Part shown: piece after piece, positions 8,203 to 16,772 of the stretch
Layout: every line of letters starts with the position of its first letter
Numbering within the stretch: position 1 is the first letter of the stretch
Assembly (NCBI GenBank): GCA_021824915.1
Contig: JAKAJP010000022.1
Coordinates: 89,832 to 124,072 of the forward strand
DNA: 34,241 bases
Direction: 5' to 3'
From: a bacterium
GTDB taxonomy: Bacteria > Patescibacteriota > Microgenomatia > UBA8517
The notes under the pieces: model-generated
Database searches by the model: none
What the model was told of the DNA's origin: nothing
Seen by the model: the letters and a program-made list of their open reading frames with translations, nothing else
Position numbers and translations under genes: made by a program

Positions 8203-9000
8203 TTATATCGTATTTTGAGGCAATGTTTCTTTTTGTTTTTTGAAGGCAAGATATCCGGAGAATCCCATCAGAACCACACCCGCACCCACCAAAGTAAAAG
8301 CCAAAACAGGAGATTTACTCTCCGAAACCTCTCGGGAAGAAGGTGAGGCCGTCGGAGTTTTAATATCTTCACTACCCAAAATCGATCCGGAAGATTGCGG
8401 GGTTGAGCTTGGAGATTTCGTCGAGCTCGGCTTTGGAGATGGACTTCTGGTCGGGGTAGGAATTGGAGAAGGGGATTTCGTCGGAGAAGGTGAAGAAGTC
8501 GGTTGTGCAGTTGGATCCGGACTTGGTGAGGAGGTGGGAGAAGGTGAAGAAGTTGGAACTGGAGTCGGGGACGGATTTTCCGAACCCTCGGTTACTTGAG
8601 TAAAAACAACAAAGTTACCAATTCCATTTGGACTTCTCCCAAACGTCCTTGAACCACTAATATCTTGGTCATAGGTAAAACTCTCTCCTGTACAACTTAA
8701 AGAAATAGTATCTCCTGAGTTGTTTAACCAATTTCCTATCCATGCGGATGTGACATCCTTTTTCAACACTCTATATCCCAGCGGTAAAATAATATCGCCC
8801 TCGACAAAAGATATTTGTTGAGTTGCACTTCCCATTGATAGAATGCAACCCGACATTGAAACTTCGGAACTGGATGTATTAAAAAGCTCAACCCATTCAC
8901 CATATGGGCTGACTTCATTTATTACAACCTGAGCAAAAACTTGTGAAGGAAATACCAAAAACAAAACAGCAGCGAACAATAACCAAATAAACTTATTCAT
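8203..9000 (-). CDS. Secreted lamin-tail-domain (LTD) protein with Pro/Ser/Thr linker and C-terminal membrane anchor
   Basis: Signal peptide ending VFA-Q; VVINEV, EWVELFN, LNNSGDTISL, GRSPNG; (TSSPSP)n linker; hydrophobic C-terminus followed by KKQK. Confidence 0.82.
   Translation of the reverse strand: MNKFIWLLFAAVLFLVFPSQVFAQVVINEVSPYGEWVELFNTSSSEVSMSGCILSMGSATQQISFVEGDIILPLGYRVLKKDVTSAWIGNWLNNSGDTISLSCTGESFTYDQDISGSRTFGRSPNGIGNFVVFTQVTEGSENPSPTPVPTSSPSPTSSPSPDPTAQPTSSPSPTKSPSPIPTPTRSPSPKPSSTKSPSSTPQSSGSILGSEDIKTPTASPSSREVSESKSPVLAFTLVGAGVVLMGFSGYLAFKKQKETLPQNTI
8483..8553. repeat. 17-bp direct repeat (ggagaaggtgaagaagt at 8483 and 8537) within the low-complexity PST linker
   Basis: Identical 17-mers 54 bp (18 codons) apart; both encode TSSPSP on the minus strand. 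Confidence 0.8.
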
Positions 9001-9053
9001 TAACTAGAAACTATGAATTTATATCAATTTAATAATAACATTAGAAAGAGAAT

Positions 9054-10211
9054 CTACTGGGGAATCATGTGTAAATACCAAACGGTATTTCCATCTCCGT
9101 TATCCACTTTTGCGTAATACAGAGTCCCAGGAAACGCGCCGCCACACTGAATCGCTCCGCCATAAAGCTTCCCGGAATGCACAGCTTTGACTTGAGTGGA
9201 AGAATCTGAGTCCATATCTATTCCGGCATGAACACCACCAGGATAACCAACATCTTTGCCATAACCAGTCTGACCAAACCCTTGATTTATTATTATTGGC
9301 TGCTCAATGGGCCAAGGCCAAGAACCATGAGGGCTAATTTGACCAAAATATCCATATTGATCAGAGCTGTATGAATAACTAAACGATGTCTGACTTAAAT
9401 AATCGTTTGGATTAGCCAGCGAATCTCCTTGATGAACCTCAAAATGCAAATGCCTTCCCGAAGAACATCCAGAAGCAGAGGATATTATATTACCAATTAC
9501 ATCACCCGTGTTTACATCCCTCATAAAAGTTTCTTTACCCAAACCAGAAACGGCAGCGAGCTCAGCGGCAGCCTCGTCCCTTAATTTCGCAAAAATACTC
9601 TCATTGTTTTGTGTAACTGCCAAAAGACTCGCTTTAGCTGCTTTTTGTTGATCAAGTTGAGCCTTTTGAGATATAAGCTGAGATTGTAATGTTTCTTGAT
9701 CAGTTTTCTGCCCTTTATAAACTGTTTGAGCTGTCTGAAGTTTTTCCATGAGATTTGTATCTTCCCGCTGGACCCTCTGTAAATAATGAAATCTCGAGAC
9801 AGCTTCACTCAAATCGGAGGCGGTCAAAATATAAACAAAACTATTCTCAAACCTTGAAAGTTTATAAGTTTCGATGGCTCTCGCGGAAAAAGCCTGAGTC
9901 AAACTAATAAGAGAGATCTCGAGCTGATCAATCCTACCTCCGAGCAATTGTATTTTTGCTTCCGTATCTGAAATCTTTAATTGAGTTAGATTTATCTGCG
10001 CATCGTATTGGGCAATTTGATTAGCCAAGGTTTTAGCTTGAGAATTAAGTAGATTAACTTGATTGTCATAACAACTGACTTTATCTTGACCACTTTTTGA
10101 CGAACAAGGATCGTCGATAGCAAAAGTTGTACCTCGAAATAGATTAACCCCGAAAAATAGTTGTGTTACTATGAAGATTGAAAGAAGTATTTTTTTTGCA
10201 TTATTTTTCAT
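9054..10211 (-). CDS. Coiled-coil plus M23/LytM peptidoglycan endopeptidase (EnvC/PcsB-like FtsEX partner), domain apparently circularly permuted
   Basis: N-terminal signal/TM, long heptad coiled coil, then GRHLHFEV..NPNDYL, followed by WPWP..QGFG..HAGID..WYLHM; overlaps the ftsX stop by 4 nt. Confidence 0.85.
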   Translation of the reverse strand: MKNNAKKILLSIFIVTQLFFGVNLFRGTTFAIDDPCSSKSGQDKVSCYDNQVNLLNSQAKTLANQIAQYDAQINLTQLKISDTEAKIQLLGGRIDQLEISLISLTQAFSARAIETYKLSRFENSFVYILTASDLSEAVSRFHYLQRVQREDTNLMEKLQTAQTVYKGQKTDQETLQSQLISQKAQLDQQKAAKASLLAVTQNNESIFAKLRDEAAAELAAVSGLGKETFMRDVNTGDVIGNIISSASGCSSGRHLHFEVHQGDSLANPNDYLSQTSFSYSYSSDQYGYFGQISPHGSWPWPIEQPIIINQGFGQTGYGKDVGYPGGVHAGIDMDSDSSTQVKAVHSGKLYGGAIQCGGAFPGTLYYAKVDNGDGNTVWYLHMIPQ

Positions 10212-11122
10212 CGTAACTTCTTAACTCTCGAAATTGCTATAGAGCTTCCGGCAAAGGCCAGTATTGAACCCAAAACAACTTCAAGCCCAAAAATAATTCC
10301 AAAAACTTCCAAAAGGCTTAATGTATCTTTCGGCAGTACTGGAATTTCTCCAAAATAAGAAACTATCGTCGGCGCGGAATACAAAACTGCGATAAATGCC
10401 AGAACCCAACCAATTAAAACTCCCACTAGTGCATAAATTAGCGATTCCAAGAAGATCGGCTTACTTATAAAGCCTTTTGTGGCACCAATTAACTTCAAAA
10501 TCTCAACTTCTTCTTTCCTTGTAGCAATTCGCATTGTAATTGTAATAAGCAGCATAAAGAATGATGCCAATGCTAAAATTCCGGTAAATACAATTCCTCC
10601 AACTCGCACGTAAGTTGTTATTGTCTTTAAGCGTCCCACAACGTCCTTGAGATTGTTTTCTCCACCAAGAGCCGCCGTGAAACCTACCGAATCAACAATT
10701 TTTTCTCCTTTGACTTCATCAATTATATTTTGAGTAAAACTTAAATCTTTTACTGAAAACTCCAGTGAGGCAGGAAAAATTGAAGGACTAACAAGCTCTC
10801 CCAAAAGCGGGTTGTCGCTGGTTGCATTTTTATAAATGGAAAGAGCCTCTTCTTTGCTTACATATTTAACGTCTTTAATCCTGCTATCACCTTCAAGTTT
10901 ATGTTGCAAAGCCGCAATGTCGGTATCGCTCGCGTCATCTTTAAGAAATGCAATTACCTGGGGTCGTGTTTCAAAATACATTAAAACTTTTGAAGAAGAA
11001 TAAACCAAAATTGAGACAAGAGTCGCGACAAAAAAAGTCAAAGTTAAAATAAATACTGCAGCAGCAGCCTGAAACGGCGCTCTCTTAATGTAATCCGTTG
11101 CAGTTTTTAGATGAATGTTCAT
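10208..11122 (-). CDS. ftsX: Cell division permease FtsX
   Basis: TM1, extracellular loop with VKYVSKEEAL and NPL, RKEEVEILKLIGAT..FI..PIFLE, three further TMs; next to ftsE. Confidence 0.93.
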   Translation of the reverse strand: MNIHLKTATDYIKRAPFQAAAAVFILTLTFFVATLVSILVYSSSKVLMYFETRPQVIAFLKDDASDTDIAALQHKLEGDSRIKDVKYVSKEEALSIYKNATSDNPLLGELVSPSIFPASLEFSVKDLSFTQNIIDEVKGEKIVDSVGFTAALGGENNLKDVVGRLKTITTYVRVGGIVFTGILALASFFMLLITITMRIATRKEEVEILKLIGATKGFISKPIFLESLIYALVGVLIGWVLAFIAVLYSAPTIVSYFGEIPVLPKDTLSLLEVFGIIFGLEVVLGSILAFAGSSIAISRVKKLR

Positions 11123-11225
11123 GCTTTAACTATTTTACAATAATTTCAAGAAAACCCCGAGCTTCCGCGAGGGGATGAATTGAATTTAGTGCCAAGATTT
11201 GCCTTAGGGCCGAAGCCAAAACCTT

Positions 11226-11900
11226 TCAGGTTTTGGAAATCTTACCACCCACAATATGAATGACTCTTTTCTGGTGCTTTTTAACAATTTCCTTGTTGTG
11301 TGTGGCCATAATCACGGTCTTGCCTTCCTTATTTATCTTTTCAAATAATTCCATCACCGAATCCGAGGTTTCCCAATCCAAATTTCCCGTTGGTTCATCC
11401 GCCAATAAAATCATCGGATTAACAACTAATGCGCGGGCTAACGAGACCCTTTGAAGTTCTCCACCAGAAAGTTGCGCGGGAAATAAATTGGTTTGCTTTG
11501 TTAAACCGACCAGTTTCAAAACATGCTTCACTCTTTCGCTCCATTCTTTTTCAGGTAATCCTATTACCGCCAAGGCTACCTCCACGTTCTCGGCAACGGT
11601 GCGTTCCATCAAAACTTTGAAATCCTGAAAAACCACTCCAATCTTCTGGCGAAACAATGGGGTTTCAGATTCTTTTAAATTTCCGGTATTTACTCCACCA
11701 ACCTCTACCTTTCCACTATCCGGAAGTAGCTCTGCCAAAATAAGTTTGAGGATTGTTGTTTTCCCTGCACCGGATGGACCAGTTATAAAAACAAATTCGC
11801 CGTGTCCAATCTCAAAAGAAACCTTATCAAGAGCGCTAACTACACCAAATTTTTTGCTTACATCACTAAATTTAACCAAGTGTTTTGAAGCTTCACTCAT
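11226..11900 (-). CDS. ftsE: Cell division ABC ATPase FtsE
   Basis: Walker A GPSGAGKT, RQKIGVVFQDF, LSGGELQRVSLARA, LADEPTGNLD, MATHN. Confidence 0.95.
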   Translation of the reverse strand: MSEASKHLVKFSDVSKKFGVVSALDKVSFEIGHGEFVFITGPSGAGKTTILKLILAELLPDSGKVEVGGVNTGNLKESETPLFRQKIGVVFQDFKVLMERTVAENVEVALAVIGLPEKEWSERVKHVLKLVGLTKQTNLFPAQLSGGELQRVSLARALVVNPMILLADEPTGNLDWETSDSVMELFEKINKEGKTVIMATHNKEIVKKHQKRVIHIVGGKISKT

Positions 11901-11926
11901 TACCTACCAGAGTATCACATGAAGCA

Positions 11927-12370
11927 CTATTGAACAACCTTAATCATGACCACATCCATTAACCACGGAGCGCTCTTTGCAGCCAAAGTATTTCCCCAAA
12001 CCTGAACCTTTTTACCAACAAAACTCCCCAAATCAACCACACTTGAAGTTAAATAGACATAGTGGCTGGGTCCTGCATCACTTGTAAGATGATACCTCCC
12101 CTCACCTTCGATTCCCCCTTCGGCCAACGTACCTGTAGCATTATCCCCCTTAAAATCCTTTGGCAAAACTCCGGCTTCCGTCTGAGTAACTTTTGCACCC
12201 GGCGCCCCTTTAGCACTGGAGCCTCCGGTAAGTTTTCCCGAAACCAGCCAGCCGGTGCCCAAACCTAATAAAACCACAATAACGGCGCCAATAATAAGGG
12301 GTGAGATACGCTTTACATCAAACTTTGGAAAACTCTTTAACATTTGGGGGGCTTGAAACTGCGTTTCCAT
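11927..12370 (-). CDS. Membrane-anchored hypothetical protein with a small beta-rich (OB-like) C-terminal domain
   Basis: One TM (IIGAVIVVLLGLGTGWLV); C-terminus YHLTSD..YLTSSVVDLGSFVGKKVQVWG. The OB-fold call is an impression only. Confidence 0.7.
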   Translation of the reverse strand: METQFQAPQMLKSFPKFDVKRISPLIIGAVIVVLLGLGTGWLVSGKLTGGSSAKGAPGAKVTQTEAGVLPKDFKGDNATGTLAEGGIEGEGRYHLTSDAGPSHYVYLTSSVVDLGSFVGKKVQVWGNTLAAKSAPWLMDVVMIKVVQ

Positions 12371-12379
12371 AATTAGACT

Positions 12380-13411
12380 TTAGTTTATTTTAAGCTCTGC
12401 GTCAATGAAATCTTCTATTTCTCCGTCCAGTACAGCTTCAGTTTTCCCTGTTTCTACCCCAGTACGAAGATCCTTGACCATTTTATATGGATGAAGCACA
12501 TAGCTTCTGATTTGTGTTCCCCAAGAAGCGGGGCGATAGTCACCCTTAAGTTCCTTCTTTTCCTTTCCCGCCCTCTCCTTTTCCAAAATCCAGAGTTTAC
12601 TTCGGAGCAAATTTAGAGCAATTTTTCTGTTTTGTTCCTGAAATCGCTCGCTTTGGGCAGTCACAACAATTCCCGTTGGAATGTGAGTCAGGCGAACCGC
12701 CGTAGAAACTTTATTTACGTTTTGGCCCCCATGCCCGCCGCTTCGAACAAACTGCCAAGACAAATCCTCATCTTTAATATTAATCTCGGGCAAGTCCACC
12801 TCCTCGAGTTCCGGAAGAACCTCAACAAGCGCAAATGAAGTCTGACGAAGTTTATCTGCATTAAAAGGCGATTGTCTAACAAGTCTATGAGTACCAGCCT
12901 CATTCTTCAAATAACCGTATGCATACTTTCCCGAAATCTCGAAAGTAATACTTTTAATCCCAGCTTCTTCCCCGGAAGTCATATCAATTACATCTAATCC
13001 CCAACCGCGCGTTTCAACATAACGGCTATACATCCTAAAAAGCATACTTACCCAATCCATTGCTTCGGTCCCACCCTGTCCGGCATGTATCGCCATCAAG
13101 GCGTTCTTTTGATCGTATTTTCCGGAAAGAAAAGAAAGAAGTTCAAGTTTACTCAAAGCCTTCTCGGCCTTGGCAACCTCGTTCTCGTCAGGAATTTCTT
13201 TAAGAATAGAAATCGTTTCACCTAATTCATCAATTTTTTCGATCTCACGTTTAAGATCGGCCAGTTCTTGGGTAACCGACCTTGCGCGATCAGCATCACT
13301 CCAAAGATCCGGTTTTGAGACTTCTGTTTCAAGAAGCCTGACTCTTTCCTTTTTGCCTTCGTAATCGATAGATTCCTTTAGTTTCACAAAACGATTTAGA
13401 AGATCTTCCAC
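12380..13411 (-). CDS. prfB: Peptide chain release factor 2
   Basis: SPF anticodon tripeptide (RLVRQSPF), GGQ (GGHGGQNVNKV), WGTQIRSYVLHPY; GTG start; single uninterrupted frame. Confidence 0.97.
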   Translation of the reverse strand: MEDLLNRFVKLKESIDYEGKKERVRLLETEVSKPDLWSDADRARSVTQELADLKREIEKIDELGETISILKEIPDENEVAKAEKALSKLELLSFLSGKYDQKNALMAIHAGQGGTEAMDWVSMLFRMYSRYVETRGWGLDVIDMTSGEEAGIKSITFEISGKYAYGYLKNEAGTHRLVRQSPFNADKLRQTSFALVEVLPELEEVDLPEINIKDEDLSWQFVRSGGHGGQNVNKVSTAVRLTHIPTGIVVTAQSERFQEQNRKIALNLLRSKLWILEKERAGKEKKELKGDYRPASWGTQIRSYVLHPYKMVKDLRTGVETGKTEAVLDGEIEDFIDAELKIN

Positions 13412-13428
13412 CCCTGAAGTATATCAAA

Positions 13429-13890
13429 TTATGGCTGACAGATTAGACTTTTTGCTTTTGCCGCCTCGACAGGGTTCAAACTCTGATAAACTGAAACCAC
13501 ATCCCGGGAGGTTGTTGGTGCTTGTGCGTTTGAGACCGGGATCTGATCCTGTATTCCTAATACCTGAATCAATTTTCCCTTACCCGCATCAAGCGCATTC
13601 GCAAGGGGTGCGGGAGCATTTTTCCAACCCAAAACTTCCGTTAGAGCAGTCTTTCCACCAATGAGCAAGAATCCCTCAATAATAAGCGCCAAAAGAAAAC
13701 CAAAAAATATTCCAAAGATTCCACCTTTAAGAGACCAATCAATATAGTGCCTTCTGAATTTTGCAATCAAAAGAAGTAGGAAGAAAATCAAAATGACTAT
13801 TGCTCCAACTTTTATTGTCGAGTTGGTTAAAGAGATGTGAAGAAATGATAAATCAAGATTTTTTTGCAAAAAATCCACTGCCTGCTGCAT
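13429..13890 (-). CDS. Hypothetical membrane protein (2 TM)
   Basis: 153 aa with two hydrophobic segments. Start moved to ATG 13890, 6 nt after TGcTACAAT. Confidence 0.7.
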   Translation of the reverse strand: MQQAVDFLQKNLDLSFLHISLTNSTIKVGAIVILIFFLLLLIAKFRRHYIDWSLKGGIFGIFFGFLLALIIEGFLLIGGKTALTEVLGWKNAPAPLANALDAGKGKLIQVLGIQDQIPVSNAQAPTTSRDVVSVYQSLNPVEAAKAKSLICQP

Positions 13891-13912
13891 GACTAAATTG
13901 TAGCACAACCAA

Positions 13913-14566
13913 CTACGGAGTTGAGGTTGGAGAGGCTTCCGGACTTGCCGACGGAGTATCAGTTGGTGAAGGAAGTGCTGTAGCACCCGTTCTTAGCCCG
14001 GTAACAATCACCACATCCGTTGTTGCCGAACTGGAAGTAGTTGTGGTGACACTCTGATAAATAGATTTTAACTTTTGAGTAATTTCATCAACAATCACCT
14101 GAGATACCGAATTTGCAAACGTAACTTCAGTTACCGTCCCGCTTTGATCGGGTGCATTACCAACTTTTATATTGCTGTAACCAAGATTACTTAACTGTGT
14201 CTGTAAGTACGCTGCCTCACCAGCAATACCTGTTCCATTTTGAACTTCGATGCTGACACCGCTCCGCGCCTCAGCACTTGGTGTTGAACTGGCAGCCGGT
14301 GTTGAAACAGAGACATTTCCGTCTCCGCTAAGGCCTTCAATCGGAGTCGCTTCACTGCTTGTACCCGCTTTCTTGGTGGCACTCTTGAAAATCGCAAAAC
14401 CCAAGATCGCAACAAGAATAAGTGCACCTAAAATAAGAAGAGTTTTTGCTCCACCAGATTTTTTAGCGGTCGGAGCCCCGGGAAAAGAAACACTCCCTGA
14501 AGGATTTTGTGCCGGTTCGTTGGCCATATTCTGATTTTGCACCGACTCGGATTGATTTTCTTCCAT
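13913..14566 (-). CDS. Membrane-anchored LytR_C-domain protein (no LCP catalytic domain)
   Basis: Single TM, S/T-rich linker, then VSIEVQNGTGIAGEAA..L..LGY..VGNA..T.V..DVVIVTG, the LytR_C signature. Confidence 0.85.
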   Translation of the reverse strand: MEENQSESVQNQNMANEPAQNPSGSVSFPGAPTAKKSGGAKTLLILGALILVAILGFAIFKSATKKAGTSSEATPIEGLSGDGNVSVSTPAASSTPSAEARSGVSIEVQNGTGIAGEAAYLQTQLSNLGYSNIKVGNAPDQSGTVTEVTFANSVSQVIVDEITQKLKSIYQSVTTTTSSSATTDVVIVTGLRTGATALPSPTDTPSASPEASPTSTP

Positions 14567-14583
14567 AATTAATTGAGTGCGCC

Positions 14584-14613
14584 AGTATAAACGGATATAT
14601 TATAGTTTGTCAA
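14584..14613 (-). promoter_or_regulatory. sigma70-type promoter of the LytR_C gene
   Basis: TTGACA (14613-14608), 18 nt, TATACT (14589-14584). Confidence 0.65.
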
Positions 14614-14622
14614 CCCCCGTGC

Positions 14623-15711
14623 TTAAGCGTTTCTCAATTTATCCAATAATAGAGAGTAGAAGCGTAAATTGTGAATTGAGGAAAGTCTCATAGCAATTAG
14701 GTTTTCTATCTTAAACAAATGATATAAGTATGATCTTGAATAGTTTTTACATAAAATACAGTCGCAATAATTGCTTATTTTTGAATTATCAGTCAAATTC
14801 TTTTCCTTTTTAGCATCATAAAAGTGATAAAAATCCCCTACGTTTATATTGATCTCGTCAATTGAATCAGAATTAAACAAATAAAGGCGGCCATGCCTGC
14901 CATCACGGGTCGGAAGCACACAATCAAAAATCGAAAAGCCCAATCCGAAACAATTTACAACATCTTCAGGTTTACCAATTCCCAACCCATAGAGTAAATA
15001 ATTACTCGGAGAAAACTTTGAAATAACTTTCGCACTCTCAAAATTAATCTTTCCGTTTTTTATCGGCCACCCACCCCAACCCAAACCGTCAAAACCGATC
15101 TTAACAAGCTCTTTGGTACATTTCTCTCTTAGGTCCATAAACTCTCCTCCCTGAACAACACCCAACAAATACGGTTTCTTATCACCCTTAAGACCTTTTT
15201 TCTTGCAAATTTTTTCAAATTCGGCCTTACTCCGCCTGGCCCAATCGATAGTTCTACTAACAGATTCGTCCGCCTTTTTGTGGCCGACACCGGGATCTGT
15301 AAAATCATCCAATACCACAACCATATCCGTTTCCAATTCCATCTGGAACCGAATAGACTCTTCCGGAGTAAAAATAAGTCGCTTGTTTCGCGAGGGATTG
15401 AGAATAACTCCCTCATCAGTGATCCTGCCCGAAGATATGCCTTTCTTGATTACGGACATCACCTGAAAACCGCCCGAATCGGATATGACAGCGCCATGAT
15501 ATCCCATAAATCCCCTAATACCTCCAGCTTTTTTCAAAATCTTCCTATTCATCAGCTGCCATAAATGAAACGTATTGACCAAAACCCCCTGGACACCCGT
15601 TTTCTTCACATCTAAAAAATCCAATGTTTTAACAAAACCACGGGTTGCATCCGGGAAAAATACAGGAAGGACCAACCTTCCACCATTAAACCTAAAGTAT
15701 TTGGGTCGCAT
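14623..15711 (-). CDS. tgt: tRNA-guanine transglycosylase (queuine tRNA-ribosyltransferase family)
   Basis: VNTFHL, DSGGFQ, GVVQGG, FDCVLPTRDGRHG, Zn site CDCILC..H. Confidence 0.93.
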   Translation of the reverse strand: MRPKYFRFNGGRLVLPVFFPDATRGFVKTLDFLDVKKTGVQGVLVNTFHLWQLMNRKILKKAGGIRGFMGYHGAVISDSGGFQVMSVIKKGISSGRITDEGVILNPSRNKRLIFTPEESIRFQMELETDMVVVLDDFTDPGVGHKKADESVSRTIDWARRSKAEFEKICKKKGLKGDKKPYLLGVVQGGEFMDLREKCTKELVKIGFDGLGWGGWPIKNGKINFESAKVISKFSPSNYLLYGLGIGKPEDVVNCFGLGFSIFDCVLPTRDGRHGRLYLFNSDSIDEININVGDFYHFYDAKKEKNLTDNSKISNYCDCILCKNYSRSYLYHLFKIENLIAMRLSSIHNLRFYSLLLDKLRNA

Positions 15712-15725
15712 GCCTGAAGTATATA

Positions 15726-16283
15726 CTAGTGAGAGTAAGTTCCAAACATTTCACCCCAACCCAGTTTGTGACCATTCATTGCCGCATCAACTTCACTTCT
15801 TTTTGCGCCGTCAGGCAGATCAAGCATTTTATCAATGGCATAAAGCCTAAAATAATATTTATGAGCCGAACCTTTTGGGGGACACGGACCGTCATATTCC
15901 ATTTTTCCAAAATCATTTGTTCCGATGGATGCCCCGATTAAGTCGCTTGGCCTGTCAATGTTTATTGTTTTAGGGTCGATATTAAAAACGATCCAATGTG
16001 TAAAACTGGGCTTTACGGTAACATCTTCGACAATAAAGACCAAGCTTTTTGCATCCGGAGTTACTCTATCCAGTAAAAATGGAGGGTTTGTATTAACGTC
16101 ATCGCAAGTAAATCTTGGCGGGATGACTCCTCCATTTACAAATTCCGTACTTGAAATATCAATTGTGGGATGACTTAGGAATGTCCTATCCAGACCAAAA
16201 GTATTTCCGGTCGTGTAATAATAATAAATACCCACTCCCAAGAGAAGTGAAAAAACAATTAATAAACCAATAAAAAATTTCAC
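15726..16283 (-). CDS. YbhB/YbcL (PEBP, Raf kinase inhibitor-like) protein with N-terminal membrane anchor
   Basis: IPPRFTCD, FTHWIVFNI, YDGPCPPKGSAHKYYFRLYAID; GTG start. Confidence 0.92.
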   Translation of the reverse strand: MKFFIGLLIVFSLLLGVGIYYYYTTGNTFGLDRTFLSHPTIDISSTEFVNGGVIPPRFTCDDVNTNPPFLLDRVTPDAKSLVFIVEDVTVKPSFTHWIVFNIDPKTINIDRPSDLIGASIGTNDFGKMEYDGPCPPKGSAHKYYFRLYAIDKMLDLPDGAKRSEVDAAMNGHKLGWGEMFGTYSH

Positions 16284-16289
16284 CTACTT

Positions 16290-16763
16290 TTATTCAACTT
16301 TCAGAAGCTCGACTTCAAAAATCAAAGTTGCATTTCCCGGAATTACACCGCCGGCACCAGCCGCACCATAACCCAGAGAAGGTGGGATTGTTAATTTTCT
16401 CTTGCCTCCCACCTTCATTCCGACAACTCCCTGATCCCAGCCTTTAATCACTTCTCCCGCCCCCAAATTAAAAGAAAATGGAGTTCCGCGATCATATGAG
16501 CTATCAAACTTAGTCCCGTCCGTAAGTGTCCCAATATAATTAACGGTAACCTTTTTACCCGCTACCGCCTCTACACCTGTTCCAATAACCTCATCTTCAA
16601 TTTTCAGTTGAGTATCCATATTTTGGTTCTCTACCATTGTAGCTGATGGAGAGGCCGATGAATAGACCGGAGAAGAGGAAGGCTTACTTACCAAAATGTA
16701 AATACCCCCCGCAACTATAAGAGCCCCAAGAAAAATAGTTACGAATAAATAATTTTTGTCCAT
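16290..16763 (-). CDS. FKBP-type peptidyl-prolyl cis-trans isomerase with N-terminal membrane anchor
   Basis: [50 protein letters not shown]. Confidence 0.96.
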   Translation of the reverse strand: MDKNYLFVTIFLGALIVAGGIYILVSKPSSSPVYSSASPSATMVENQNMDTQLKIEDEVIGTGVEAVAGKKVTVNYIGTLTDGTKFDSSYDRGTPFSFNLGAGEVIKGWDQGVVGMKVGGKRKLTIPPSLGYGAAGAGGVIPGNATLIFEVELLKVE

Positions 16764-16772
16764 TGGAAAATT

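Noticed and set aside
8203-8340. Sortase-anchored protein (LTD gene)
   Set aside because: Hydrophobic tail and basic end are present, but no LPxTG-like motif.
8240-8599. Plus-strand 119-aa ORF rich in G/E/V (likewise 14250-14534)
   Set aside because: Antisense shadow of Pro/Ser/Thr codons in real minus-strand genes.
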